DNA from: Camelus dromedarius
Lineage: Eukaryota
DNA: 64,000 nt
Assembly: GCF_036321535.1 (NCBI RefSeq)
Contig: NC_087442.1
Coordinates: 11,408,001 to 11,472,000, forward strand
Reading direction: 5' to 3'
The notes below the pieces were generated by a model. The model did no database searches. It was not told where the DNA came from and was given only the letters and a program-made list of their open reading frames with translations. Of this stretch, positions 35,795 to 49,350 are shown in pieces. How positions within the stretch are numbered: position 1 is the first letter of the stretch; every line of letters starts with the position of its first letter. The translations under genes and the position numbers were made by a program.

Positions 35795-37759
35795 AGAGCA
35801 GTGTTCAGTGTCACACAGAGAAGGAAGAGATCTGAGTCACCAAGAAGATGGAGGATTTGGACACAGTTTCAAAGGCAGTAAGTTGGATTTTGAGCCACTC
35901 AGAACAAAAGGTGTGTCACCAAAGGGTCACAGAGAATCACTCAGAAGAGTGAGAAGTGTTATTCCTCAGGAAGGAGGCCTCAGGGACACATACAGAAAAG
36001 GGGGAAATACAAGAATTCCACCGTTAAGGCACTACCAAAGTCATCCTAGGAGGAGGTTTAAGTTCATAAAACAGGAAAAGTTCAGTACCAATGGTCTCGG
36101 ATTAGAGTTAAAAGGTGTGCCTCTTAGAGAATGCCTTACATGAGGGGCAACAAGTTCTTTCCTAGTGAGCCACAGCATCGGAAATTCTTAACTACCTGAA
36201 TATTTACATGATAACAATATTGAACTATAGCATATAAGCTATTCAAAGCATGACTTTTTCAGAGGGCATGACCACTGTATTGATATGTCAATCAATGAAA
36301 GATCAGGCTGGCAGAAATCACACACAGACACCATCTATCAACCAAAGGTTTTTAAAATCTAAAATAGTGCTTTACAAATTTCGACCACAACCGACAGTAA
36401 TATTTTATACATATATTTTATGTATATACACATAAAACATATGTATGTGTATATATATATGTCACAGGCTAAATATATGTATATCACTTATACATACTAT
36501 ATTGGGAAAGCCAAGGTTTCACAAAACCACGTTTCCCCTTTCTACACGTATGGCACTCTGATTTTCTATCCTATTCTTTTTTTTTTTCATTGCTGCTTAC
36601 ATATCACAAACTTGATTTCACAACCTGCTAATGAGTTGTTAAAAACACTGTTTGAAAACACTGATCTGAAGGATGGAGGAAAAAAATCAATTTCATCAAG
36701 AATCAAAGCAGAGAGTTCAACATTATCCAATAACAGACTGAGGGTTACACGCCAAGGAGCCAGTCACCTGGGCCAGGTGAACCTCATCAGTCTCGTATGT
36801 ATGTAGCAGAGCACTGCAGAGTAAACGCAAACATAAACACAGTCCTCCTTAACCACTCTCGGCTTGTTCAGGCTAACTTAACAAGCTGGCCCAAATGCTT
36901 CCTTAACTCTGTGCTTCAGAATTAGAAGGCCAGTTCCCAGCCATCTCTGTAAGTCCCGTAACAGGACTTTACACCAGTGGTAGGGCCGATCCTGCAACCT
37001 ACCACCATGCCTGTTCAGTCTTTTCCTCATGGCCTCAGTGCTACACATTCAGCTTTTTGTGGTTATCACACCTTTACATCCCGTCATAGGAAGAAATACA
37101 ATAGTAAGATTCCTCTACCCATGTATCAGTCATCAGTAACAAAAAAAAAAAGTTTAGATACACAACATATCAGAATGCATTTCACATACCATTTCAAGTT
37201 TGATCATACTTTTTTACTAGCCCTATTATTTTTACCCCTTCCAAAAATAGAATCTGTACCTTTCATTAAGTTGTAATTGAACAATTTAGAGTTAACTGAA
37301 TTTTTTTTTCATGTGTTGATGCTTTCCCAGGACAGTGTGTTTCCACATACACTACTTTAGCCAATGACCGGTGTTCAATTTCCCAAAGAATTTGTTGGAT
37401 ATCATCATTGTCATTGCTATTATTCCATCAGGTGCCAGTGGTAAGAATCATGAGCCCGTAGTTATAATCACCCCCATTCCTTAACATAAATACTAAAGCT
37501 ATCATACTATAACTAATACTATAACACACCATTAATGGCTGCTCCCAAAATGCATGTTGGCCATGGTCCATCAAATAACCACATACACTCCAAGTCCAGT
37601 TCTATAAAGCCTGCAGCTTTAAACATGATTTGTTGGCAGGATCAGTACTAGAGCTGCGGTATTGCAGCATCCCAGGCTGCAGACATCCGGGAAGCCTGCT
37701 TAGAGAACATGCACTTGCTCTTAACCATCCTTTTGAGTAAAAGATCAAAGTAAGTATAT

Positions 37760-38000
37760 CAGTCAGGGCTTTGGCAGGAAACAACTGGCATAAACTGGGT
37801 AATTCTAGAAGAGTTTTAAAAAGGGATTATTTACAAAATGATGGACAGAGCATAGGGAAACCATAAATAGATAGTTCAGTACCCAAAGACTAGGAACGGT
37901 GGGGCACCACTCAGAGAGAGTGAGCCCTATGTGGAGGGGATCTGCTGACAGCAGCTGAGATTTTTCAGTTGGGAGACTCTGAAGAGAGTGAGCTGAGAGA
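37760..38000 (-). mobile_element. ERVL-type LTR fragment (LTR33-like)
   Basis: tcagggctttggcaggaaaca...gagagttttaaaaagggattatttacaaa...agggaaacca..agatagttcagtaccc; similar to 2140-2640. Confidence 0.5.
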
Positions 38001-38479
38001 ATAAACTTCAAAACACATGTCAGCAGACCAGCAAGGCATTCTAATATCATCTCCCTCCCCTTCCTTATTCTGGCACTTTCTCCCCAGGGATTTAGACATC
38101 ATGGTCCAGGTCTTTGCATCATTCCTGCTTCTGATACTACTCTGCATGACAACTGTGTTGATGAACGTCAGCAGTACACTCAGACTCACCTGACGTCAAG
38201 ACAAATCATAGATAATGTCCATTATACCAATCAAGTTCACTGATCTGAAGAACACAGAAGGAAGTCAGCACAGTCAGGTGTACACAAGAGAGATCAGCAA
38301 TATATATATAAAATGAGAAGTGGAGTGTAGCCTTCTAGGTTCCTGTACAGTTCTCACCTGGAGAATGCACAATGGCAAGCAGTAATTCTAAGTGAGCATC
38401 TCCTCAGAATCCTGAAGGCCCACCTTCATACCATATATGCATAAATACGTTCTGAATGTGGCTAAGATGGATGATTTTC

Positions 38480-38720
38480 CATTTTCACTGCCTCCAACCT
38501 GGTCTAAGCTACCATGATCTCTCACCTGAACTGCTCAATAGCCTCCTGACTCATTTCTCCACTTCTAATCTTTTCCCCCATAATACACCCTCCATACAGA
38601 CACAAGAATGATCTTCTTAAAAGGTAAATTAGGTCATTTCACTCCACTACTTAAAATTTTTCAATGGCTTCCCAGTGCAACTACAACAAAATACAAACTC
38701 CTTACATTCTATCACTGAGA
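38480..38720 (+). mobile_element. L2 fragment
   Basis: ccatgatctctcacctgaactgctcaatagcctcctgact..cactccactacttaaaatttttcaatggcttccca. Confidence 0.7.
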
Positions 38721-39661
38721 ATCTCTTCTGCAGATCCTCCTGCATGCACCAGGATTTAAGATAAATTTTACAATATCATGCGGTCTGAGTAAAGAAACAG
38801 GCTTTACGGAGTAAGAGAAAACTTTTACCAACAACAGAAACAAAAGCAGGGCTCCTCCTCATCCTCCTGTGATTACACAGAGGGACCTGGGCACTGTTAG
38901 GTTAGCAGTGTACATCTGCATGTCAATGGAGACAACTCCTCTATTGGTCTCACTTTTCATAATTAAAGTATGAAAGCAACTTTGTCAGTAGGAAAATAAA
39001 TAGTCTGCTTAATGCCAGAAAGTCTGGATTTGGGAAGCTAGCTATATTATAGGAATTGACTGGGAAGGCCAGCTGACCAACACCTGGGGACCTCAGATGT
39101 TCTAGTCCCTGGTGTTAGAAAAAGGCCACCAATTCTGTGGGAGCTGAGCTTATGTGGAACACCTGAGTGCTTCACGTAAGTGAAAGGAACCCTCTTTTCC
39201 CAGATAACGTGTTGTCCAGGCAACCTAGATTGAACTCCTAGGGTTATTTTCAGACAACTCTCCTCTTTGCAGAATACATTTCCTAGGAGAGTGCTCACAT
39301 TTCCCAGTTTGTTCAGGACAATCACGGACGGTTATGTGCCTGCCACTCCAAGTAATTATTAATAATGCCTCCTTTCGGTGTTTTACTCACTGAATATTCC
39401 AGCCCTAAGCTCAGTCCTGGAACATAGTAGAACCTTAATACATAGATATTGAATAAATAAATTTGCTAGAAGTTTGTGACAGGCACTGTATTAGGTGCAG
39501 AAAATCATGGACTAGTAAGCAAGAGAGACATATCTACAAGCAAATTACATAATGATGTGATCAATGCTAACAGAGACAAAATAAATGTGTTTGCACAGAG
39601 AAGGAGCCAAATTTTGCCTACAAGAGTCACAGAACTGAAAGAGGAGATACTATTTGAGACA

Positions 39662-40575
39662 CTTTTTTAAAAAATATATTTTTATTGACAAATAGTCAGT
39701 TTACAATGTTGTGTCAATTTCTGGTGTACAGCACAAGGCTTCAGTCATACAGGAACATACATATATTCGTTTTCATATTCTTTTTCACAAATTACTATAA
39801 GAAATTGAATATAGTTCCCTGTGCTATACAGTATAAACTTGTTTATCTATTTTATGTACATTAGTATCTGCAAACCTTGAACTCCCAATTTATCCCTTCC
39901 CACCCCCTTCTCCCCCTGGTAACCATAAGTTTGTTTTCTATGTCTGTGAGTCCATTTCNNNNNNNNNNNNNNNNNNNNNNNNNNNNNNNNNNNNNNNNNN
40001 NNNNNNNNNNNNNNNNNNNNNNNNNNNNNNNNNNNNNNNNNNNNNNNNNNNNNNNNNNNNNNNNNNNNNNNNNNNNNNNNNNNNNNNNNNNNNNNNNNNN
40101 NNNNNNNNNNNNNNNNNNNNNNNNNNNNNNNNNNNNNNNNNNNNNNNNNNNNNNNNNNNNNNNNNNNNNNNNNNNNNNNNNNNNNNNNNNNNNNNNNNNN
40201 NNNNNNNNNNNNNNNNNNNNNNNNNTGCTTTGAACACTGAGGTGCATCTATCTTTCTGAATTAAAGTTCTCTCTGGATATATGGCCAGGAGTGGGACTAC
40301 TGGGTCATACAGTAAATCTATTTTTAGTCTTTTGAGGAATCTCCATACTGTTTTCCATAATGGGTGCACCAAAGGACATTCCCACCAACAGTGTAGGAGA
40401 GTTCCCTTCTCTCTACACCCTCTCCAGCATTTATTGTTTGTGGACTTTTGAATGATGTCCATTCTGATTGGTGTGAGGTAATGACCTCATTGTAGTTTTG
40501 ATTTGCATTTCTCTGATAATTAGCAATATTGAGCATTTTTTCATGTGCTTATTGGACACTTTTATGTCTTCATTG
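39662..40575 (-). mobile_element. L1 (3' UTR plus ORF2 C-terminus), interrupted by an assembly gap
   Basis: Minus frame [48 protein letters not shown] is the L1 ORF2 cysteine-rich C-terminus; 3' UTR is the same family as 22113 and 49351. Confidence 0.93.
39959..40225. other. Assembly gap (267 N)
   Basis: Run of n. Confidence 0.99.
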
Positions 40576-40984
40576 TAGAGTTGCTTGTTTTTTGAGCAGT
40601 ACTAGTAGGTCAGGGACAAGATCTCAGATCCCTGTCTTCTTGTATCACACTGCTTCATGGTCTCTGGCTCCTGATGATCCCTATAAAACTCTCAAATCAC
40701 ATGATGCACCTCAAACCAACAGGTGTTTTACTGAGCACCCTCTGGGTCCCATTCTCTGCCTTTGACATTACTTCTTATTTATCTGTGTAACACATTTTAT
40801 CAAGTAGTGATGTGACACTATGGTAAATTGAAACAACCCTAGAAGACAGTAACCTAGGATACTTGCATCTTTGTCCTAGCAATGCTGTAAGCTAATTATG
40901 TGACATTAGGCAAATTTCTTGATCTTTCTGACTCTCAGGTTGGAAATAAATACAATGAAAAGGTCCCAGAGAGTCAGTGTTAAT

Positions 40985-41210
40985 CAATGCTTTAAGGACC
41001 TGGGTTCTGGAATCAGGCCTGGATTCCAATCTGAATGCCACTGTTCATTAGTTATGTGACCTTAGGCAAGTTAATCTCCCTAAACCTCAGTTTGTGCATC
41101 TGTAAAACAGGCACAATAATAGTACCTATTTCAGAGTTGTTATAGTTATCAAATAAGACAATGCCTATAAAAACGTAAAATGCAGGAGTGTTTTTTAAAT
41201 GTTAGCTATT
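40985..41210 (+). mobile_element. MIR SINE (second MIR fragment at about 40820-40960)
   Basis: tgtgaccttaggcaagttaatctccctaaacctcagtttgtgcatctgtaaaacaggcacaataatagtacct. Confidence 0.82.
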
Positions 41211-41239
41211 ACTGTCATTGATGTTAATAAGGTCACTGC

Positions 41240-43150
41240 CCTATATTTATATAAGTATACATTACTGTATACTTTACCCATACTTAGGATATTTTTTATG
41301 GAAACTTCAATTTATTTAATGTAATATTTAATACATATAAAAATACATGCAACATATATGTAAATTATAAAGGAAACAAAATTTAAGCAGCCATAATTCC
41401 ACTACCCAACTTGAGAAGCGGAACATCACCATCAGTACCATGGCACCTGTATGCTGCTTCTCCGCCCTATCCCTTGTGCCTTCCCCCAGCTTCCTACAGT
41501 AAACTCATCTTGAATTCTGTATTTATCATTCCTTCCTTTTCTGAATAGTTTTATCACATAGGTGTCTATCCATAAAAATATTGTATATTTTTTTGACTTT
41601 AACCTTTATAAAAATAACATGGTATACAAACTGCAGTCTGATATGGATACAACATGTTTATAAGTTACTCCTGTTACAGGATAACTACAATTCATTTATC
41701 CAGCTGTGTAATAATCCACTGTGTGAGCATTTATTTATCCATTCTCTGTGGGTGAAACTTGGGGTTGTTTTTGTACTATTAGGTATACTGTTGCTACAGT
41801 TTCAGATATTTCTTGGGCCACATGGAGTTCCTTAGAGTGTACCTTAAAGGTGGAATAACTAGGTGAAATTTCAACATTTCAAGTTCATGTCATGCTTTCT
41901 CAAAACGGGGTGCCAATTTACACTCCCCCACTAGTAAGTTTCCATTGGTCTACAACATCCCCCTTCACACTCTGATCTATCAAATAGGTTGAAATTTGCT
42001 AGCATGGAGGTCTTCAAATGAAAGTTCACTATAGTTTCTGATTTGCATTTCCTTGATTATTGAGGTTGACAACTTTTTCGCATAGTAATGGGTTATTTAT
42101 ATTTCCTTCTCTGTGAAATGCTTGTCTTTGACCACTTCTCTACTAAGCTGTCATTTTTTATTACCTTGTGGGTTTGCATATATTCTAGGTCTTATTCTTC
42201 TTGCTTTGTAGGCCTTTACATATTGTAGACTGTATTTCAAGTATCTTCTCTCCCAGTTTGTGACTTTTCATTTTGCTTCCTTTATGGTAACCTTGGTTTA
42301 AAAAAAGGTTATTTTTAAGAGTTATATTTATCACTCTTTTCTGTGTTCTTTTAAAAAAAAAAAAAACTTCCATGCCCCTCAAATTATAAACCAATTGTCT
42401 TGTATTTTCTCCCGATTTTTTTTAAAGTTTTGCCTTTCACTCTTTAAGTAACCAGGAATTGACTTCTGCATAAGGTATGAGGTAGAGATCCAATTTCATT
42501 TTTTTCTATATGGATGACATTTTCATAGCATCATTTATTGAATAATCTATACTTTACCCAGTGATCTACATCATGCCACTTTCATCATGTATCATCTCTG
42601 GGTTCTCCATTCTATACCACCGTTCCCTGTTTATTCCTGCATCCACAGTACGCTTCATTTATCACGATAGCTTTACTTTACAAAAAACCAAAACCAAAAA
42701 CCAAAAACAAAACTGTCTTGCCAACTGGCAGAGCAAGTCTTCAGGAGTATGTTGCCTGTTCTTGGACCTTTGCTCAACAATACATTTTTATGATCAATTT
42801 GTTCAGTTGCCCTAAAACACTTCTGGGAATTTTTGTTTTGATCTGTAACAGCAACTTGGAGAGGGTTGACATCTTTACACTTTGAAGCTTTCAATAAATA
42901 AACATGGTGTACAAAAGTATTTAAGTCTTCTTTTAATGTATTTCAGTAAGTTTTATGATGTCCTCCATTGGGACCACACATCTGGAGACACCTTTCAACT
43001 TCTGATGCTCTTGTACATGGCATCTTTTGAAAATATTTTCTTTGCTGTTGTTTGCAGTTGACTTTTGTACATTCTTAATTATTCATCCATAGATTTTGTA
43101 TCGTCTATGTGATCACAGCATTTGTAACTTTCTTCCTTTCCAATTTTAAT
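41240..43150 (-). mobile_element. Old L1 (L1M) about 1.9 kb degenerate fragment
   Basis: gccaatttacactccc, gatttgcatttccttgattattgaggttgac, gaggtagagatccaatttcattttttctatatggatga. Confidence 0.78.
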
Positions 43151-43189
43151 AGTTTTTCTTTCCCTCCCTAAATGTGCTGAAACAACAGA

Positions 43190-43422
43190 ATTAGTTCCTC
43201 ATAAGGAACACCAGGAAGCTCACCCTCTGCCAGCACTCACAAATAAGAAATCATGTGAGTTCAGTGACACAGTGGCCACTTACAAGCCAGGGACACAGGC
43301 CTCACAAGAAACCATGCTGGTACCCTGATCTTCACACTTTCAGCCTCCAGAATGGTGAGAAAATATTTCAGTTACCTAGTATTACCTAACAGTATTTTGT
43401 TATAGCAACTCCAATTAAGACA
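43190..43422 (+). mobile_element. MaLR LTR 3' fragment (MLT1A/B/C-like)
   Basis: gctggtaccctgatctt.acactttcagcctccagaa.ggtgagaa...gtattttgttatagca...taagaca. Confidence 0.75.
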
Positions 43423-43874
43423 TCCAAAAATGCAATAAAAACTATGTTATACTTAGGATCCAGTTATTTTCCTGCAGGGAATCCCCTCACTCCAGATTAT
43501 CTAGTCTGCCATCCTGCCAAGGGAAGCCTAAGGGCAGTACTTCTGTTCTGAACTTAAATGCTCCTTTATTTTACAGGAGGCTGTTAACGAAGGTCCTCGA
43601 CAGAGACTTCAAACAAAATTAAACAATATATATTTGATAAGAAAGCATGCTTATATTCACTCTTTTTAAGGTCAGTTGCTATGGTTTTGTGTATGTCATG
43701 GTCCAATCCCCTCCCCAAATTTAGAATGAGATATTAAGTTAAAAGCCTGAAGGACTGTGGGGGCAGAGGTGAGACTGCACTTCTCTTTGCAGTGGAAGGT
43801 CATGCAAGAGAAAAGGAAGAGTGATGAGTTGATCATGTACGTGGAGTTAAAGGTAAGAATGAATGAATGAGTTA

Positions 43875-44330
43875 AGGATTAGGTTTAACTGCAAAGCACA
43901 AGTAGGTGGCTTAAACCAGGCAGAGGTTTATTTGTGTCTCCAAAAGAGGTCCGGAGGTAGACTATCCAGGACTGGTATCCGGTTCCATGGTCATCACAGA
44001 TTCCAGCTTCTTCCGTCCTCCACCCTGAAGATCGTCTCATGGTCCAAGATGGCTACTGGAGATTCAGCCATAATGTCCACATTTCAGACAAGAAAAAGCC
44101 AGATGAGGGTCTGGAGATGAACACAAGACGAGTCTCCCAACAGAGTTAGCTCATTTAAGAAACTTTCCTGGGAACACCACCAAATGAATTCTGCTATACT
44201 CCCCTAGCAACTCTTAACTGCAAAGGAGAATAGGAATGCAGTATTTTAGCTGTGCACACTGTCACCTTCACAAAAACATGGGTTCTGTAAATGTAGAAGG
44301 GATAATGGCTAGCGGGTGGTCTATTAACCA
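43875..44330 (-). mobile_element. Old MaLR LTR (MLT1J/K-like)
   Basis: ggcttaaaccaggcagaggtttatt, catggtccaagatggct, aactgcaaaggag. Confidence 0.65.
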
Positions 44331-44817
44331 TGTTTTACGATGCTCCGACATCTTGGGGCCTGGCAGACCCTGGGAAGGACTGCCCCCACCCATCCCCCCA
44401 AATATTAGCTAATTCCTAGAAACAGTAAAGGACTTGCCCAAGAGCATGCCTCTGATATGCAAACCAAGGAATCCTGAGTTCACACCCCTCATTAGCCTCC
44501 TTTCATCAGGCTCCTGCAGGATGCTAGTCCTCTGCCTGAAATCACCCCAGCACCAGAGCACCTGACAACTCAGAACCACCCCTACTACCCACTGCTGCTG
44601 AAAAGTATTCAGACTGTTTAATCCTATATTTGTTCAGCTTTCCTGTCCTGTCTTATCTGTTCTTTCCCCACAAAAACAACAAAAGCTCTGACCCACTTTT
44701 CTCTCATTCCTCCTGACCCACCCTGGTGCCTGCCCGTGTAAAGAACTGTAAGTGATAAACTCTTCTTTCAGAGGCAGTCATCATACCGCATCTGATTAAA
44801 ACAAATCCCAGGGACAT
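44331..44817 (+). mobile_element. ERV1-class solo LTR
   Basis: TG...CA ends; ctaattcctagaaacagtaaaggacttgccca.gagcatgcctctgatatgcaaaccaa; aactgtaagtgataaactc. Confidence 0.6.
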
Positions 44818-45339
44818 CGTGAAACAGGTAGGCAACTGGACATGTTTCCCACAGTAAGGTATTCCACAACAGGAAGCTGGAATCCTGGCAACACCAGGAA
44901 GTTATCTCACAAAAATCTGCTTACAATGTGTTTGGCAGAAGAAAAAGAAGTCACTCTTGCCTCAACTTCTCTTCTGAGCTCCAGACTCATTAACCTCCAC
45001 CCTCCCAAACAGAAGCTAGAAAGTCTACAATTCAACTATTTTCAAAACTAAACTCATTATCTTCCCTCTTCTCACATCTGCTGCCACAGCCATGTTGATG
45101 GGCTTCAGAAATAAGGTAGCACCACCTGCGCAGCTGCCAGCAGGGGCTTCGAAATCAGCTTCTCACTGCCTCTCCTCTTACCAACCCCCGTTCTGCCACC
45201 ACCAGACCCTGGACAGGAGCCATGTGTTCTCAGCCTCTCCAGCCCAGAGCCCAGCACAAGCTCCAGCACGTAACTGGTACACAACGAATGAACCAATGTG
45301 AACCCTAAACACCCCTCATGTCACCTCCCACCCCCACAT

Positions 45340-45822
45340 CACCAACCTTTCTAGGCTTACTCAGTAGCTTCTTAACTAACTCTGGGCTCTCCCCCTTCTA
45401 ACCACCTGTCCTCACTGATCTTTCTAAAGCACAATTCTGATGAGATGTCCCTGTTTAAAACCTTCCATAGCTCCCCACTGCCCAAGTCCTCTGCAAGCCT
45501 TCAATGCCCTTTCTGCTCTAGTCTCAAACCACTTTTCACATCTTATCTCTGATTGCTTCATATACTTTTAAGTTTCTGGACCTTTGTTCACCTGTTTCCT
45601 CTGCTAACCTTACTATCCCCTTCTGTGCCCCACAGGACTTCGTTTCTACCATCACCAGTGTTCCTCACACCACATCATGCTTGACTACACAGGCTCCTGA
45701 TTATATCTTCCCCACCCAACCCCGACCCTACATTTCGAGTTCCTTCAGTGCAGGAGTCCTGCTATATTCACCCCTCTAGCCAGGCTGTGCGGGTGCATGG
45801 CATACAACAGGTGCTCAAGTGA
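45340..45822 (+). mobile_element. L2 3' fragment
   Basis: gatctttctaaagcacaattctgat...aaaaccttccatagctccccactgcc; ends catggcatacaacaggtgctcaa. Confidence 0.7.
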
Positions 45823-46079
45823 CTTCTGAGTTTAAAAAGATGCCCCGGTTAATTATAAACAGCCACAGAAGATTAACAACAAACCAAAAAGACACACCCA
45901 AAGTGAAATAGGTGCTCAGCAATCCACAGAGATTTATAAAACAACAGCAAAAAGGTGAAGTACAATTAACTAAAATTAGTGTGTCCTCCTAAGTACCCTG
46001 TGATGACTGAAAGCCTGATGCACCTTGCTCAAAATAACTGCAAAACCAGTTACCAGCAGCCAGTATGTCCTGACGCTCG

Positions 46080-46280
46080 GTTCAGTTACTGTATGCCAAG
46101 TAGTTACATGTGTTATTTATTGTGTTCCCCACAGCAGGCCTATAACAGCAGGACTATTATCATCCTTGTTTTAGTCACAGGAAAACAAAACAACAAAAAT
46201 CCAAGGCAGGAAAAGTTAAGAAACTTACCAGGGTTCACCCAGCTGGTGAGTGAAGCAGAGGTTCAAACGCAGGCTTTCTA
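46080..46280 (-). mobile_element. MIR SINE
   Basis: aaagttaagaaacttaccagggttcacccagctggtgagtgaagcagaggttcaaac.caggc. Confidence 0.68.
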
Positions 46281-47049
46281 ACTGCACAGCCTTAATGGAA
46301 CTATTATGATAGACCACCTTTGATTTCAAATGACAGGTGTAGCAGAAAAACTAAAAAAAGGTCAAGATATACATCTATATGGACAAACAGGACCCTGGGG
46401 TCCAATGCGTGGCAGAGAGCTAATGAAGAGCAAAGAGACAAAAAGAAAAATTTCAAAATTGTGGATGCATGATTCTGACAGCCGAAAAAGTGAGCTACAC
46501 ACCATCCTATCAGACTATGGGACTAGCACAGGGGCAGAGTATAGTCATTTTGAGATGGGGCTTCAATGCTGTTGACACCTGTCAAAAGCCTTTCTCTCTA
46601 AAAACTGAGCCTGACAAATTCTTGAATAATCCATTTCAATATCAATCTCAGTAGAAAGCAAAACACTGTAGTAGGAAACAATGAAAGGAGCAGACACTCT
46701 GAACTTATTTTAACCAGTAAAGAGACACTGCTTGATAAAAAGGAAGAGAAATATGTAAAGATAACCTGGTAGAGAAATTAACTGTGACTTACTTTCCTAT
46801 GGGATCATGAGACTGAGAATCAGAAAGAATAAAGAGATAGAGGTATTTCTGGCTCACTCACAATTCTACCCCCAACCAAAACCTATTATGTATTAAACTC
46901 CTGGTGTGATTCAGGTGCACCTTGCCTGGGGCCCTGGTCAGAAGTCAGCACTGGGGGTCCTGGTTATGTACAGCCAATGGGGCAGCGGGAAGCAGGCAGC
47001 GAGCAGGAAGCAAAATGCACACTTCACACACCCAAGCTCAAACCCAGGT

Positions 47050-47230
47050 GTGCCTCTGAAAGGCTGTGTGACTCTGACATGTTTCTTAAACTCTCAGTTT
47101 TAGGTTTCCTCACCTGTAAAGTGGAGACACTGCTACCTTCTTTTTAGGGTAACAGTTAAATGAGACAATGATAAAAAGCCCTTAGCTCAGGGCCTGGCAG
47201 GCAGTAAGCACACAATGTCACCCACTAACA
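47050..47230 (+). mobile_element. MIR SINE
   Basis: ctgtgtgactctgacatgtttcttaaactctcagttttaggtttcctcacctgtaaagtggag. Confidence 0.72.
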
Positions 47231-49350
47231 GAATGACTGTTACCTTGTAAGGTATTTCCCCATAACTCACTAACCTTGGGATTACCCCCTCATTTTCTAC
47301 AGTGATTTGCTTGCTGTTACTCCCACCAATCTCAGGGCGTATAATGCAATCCCTGACAGCAAAGTAAGTGGTCCTGCCCTTGATCTCATGTCAATGTTTC
47401 AGTGGGATCCAACTGAACAACAAGCATTTATGAAACCCTAAAATGTCACTGTGCTAGGCTGAGCTGGAAAAGGACAACCCTGCCTTCAAGAGCTGCGTGG
47501 TATCTTCTGGGAACAAAGAGAAACTACCATTAATTCCCCCTAAATGAGCTGCAAAGGTTAGGCTGTAACTCAGTTGGCAATGGCAAGTAGTCCCCAAAAC
47601 AGTCACAGAAACAGGTCTTTGGTGTTTTGGGACGTCTCTGGATTAATCAGTTACGTGATTTTTAAGAAATGGATGACTCTTTGAGCACTATACTCGCAGT
47701 AAACAGTGAATTTCACAAGTGGGTTGGTCTTTAAACTCAACTGCTCTGGGTGTGTACCAGAGAAAAAGGAGATCAATGAAGCATCTAAGCATGAGATGAA
47801 GACACAGGTGACGGGGAAAACACACGAAAGGTCTTGCTCACCTCTAGTACGTGAAGCAGTGCTAGCTGAAGGTGAATGAACAGAACAAGCCTTGCTTGGA
47901 AATAATGGAAAGTTTTTTCCCCCAAAATGTAAACAGCTTTATTTACTTTTTCTTATTATAAAACACATGCTCAATGCTTTAAAAAAATATATATACAAAA
48001 GTGTAAAGAAATAAAGAAAATCACACATAATCTCCCCCATTCAGAGAGCATCACAACATTTTGACTTTTCTCCCTCCAGACTTTTCTAAGAATATACTTA
48101 TGTCAATACTTCTTTTTCCAAAAATGGGGTAACACCACACATGCTGTTTGATACTTCTTCTCCCACATTTTGCTGTATCCTACTTATCTTTCTATTTAAC
48201 ACAGCATCCCAAAACCAAAGCCACAGAGCAGTTTTCTGCAGGTACATTCCCTGATAAGTAACAACATGAAGAAGGAAATGCAGGACACAAAACTTGGACT
48301 AGAAGACCCCTCGGTCTGTTACTGCTGTCAGATCCCACACGTCTACTCTGAGACCAGCCTGGGAACAGGAGAAACTCTCAGCAGACGGGCTGCCTAGGTG
48401 GGCAGGGCAGAGCTTCCGCTCCCACGGCCTGCCTGGTGGTGGACCTGGGGTCTGCACTGTCACACGATGCTGAAGCCTCAGCACCGAACGCCTGACTCCA
48501 AACACTCTGCTATCTCAGCCTCAGGACATTCCAAGCCTTCTCCAGCTGACAGGGATGTTACAGGACACACTTTTCTGCCCCTGAGGCCAGGGCTCAGAAT
48601 CACTTTGGGTTTGTCAGTAAGCTATTTTTTTGTTCATCATATCACGTTCCCAAAGCATAAAACTTTCAAGGAGTATAAAGGTAGCTTTGTTGAGGAAATA
48701 AATTAAAAACTGCCCAAAAGATAAATTTTATCTACTCTACAATTTTGCTTTAGGAATGTAGCATAAATGAGTAAGGATTATATTACCAGACAGTTTTAAT
48801 GTGTGAACTCAGAAAGCAGAGTTAATATGCTAATTAATGATCCCAGCTTCAGGGTAAAAAAAAGATGGCTGTAAAAATTAACTAAAATTGAAATTTAAAA
48901 ATAAATAAATGAAGATGGCTGATACGAGAAAATGGCAATTAAATTTCTACTGTTCCTGGGCGAAGTCAGGGGTCCACAACATAGCATGTGAATTCTGAAC
49001 CTGTTCGAGTCCAGCACGATCTAAGCTGCAGTTAGCACCAGTCTCAGGCAGAGGGGAGAGGACATGAAGCCCAGGGTGCAACCAGGCTGGACCAGAGGCA
49101 AAGCTGAAGCTCGAGTGGCCCAGACAGAACAGCAACCAATACAACCTGAACTGGACAACCAGCCCGGCAGCAGCCAGCCGCTGAAAAGCTGCAGCAAACT
49201 AGCACGCAGATCTGTGAGGGGCTGATGCAAACTTCAAACTGAGTTACTTTACGTAATTTTTATTAGTAAATTATTAGTTCTCCGTAATGTCCAGAATCTT
49301 AAAATAAAGATAACTGTGTGTACACAATATATACATCAAGAGACCATGTA

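Noticed and set aside
37355-37405. Minus-strand peptide MISNKFFGKLNTGHWLK resembling TAS2R TM1-ICL1 (MLGNGFIGLVNGSSWFK)
   Set aside because: 8/17 identity but only about 53% at DNA level, followed immediately by a stop, with no TAS2R similarity on either side. Treated as chance unless TBLASTN shows extension.
37270-37784. Minus frame with only three stops in about 170 codons (possible processed pseudogene or NUMT)
   Set aside because: No recognisable protein. An in-frame AGG and the composition argue against a mitochondrial gene, and stop depletion is modest given the number of frames scanned.
39861-40462. ORFs spanning N runs (also 49274-49563)
   Set aside because: Artificially open through assembly gaps; the only real coding signal is the L1 ORF2 C-terminal fragment.
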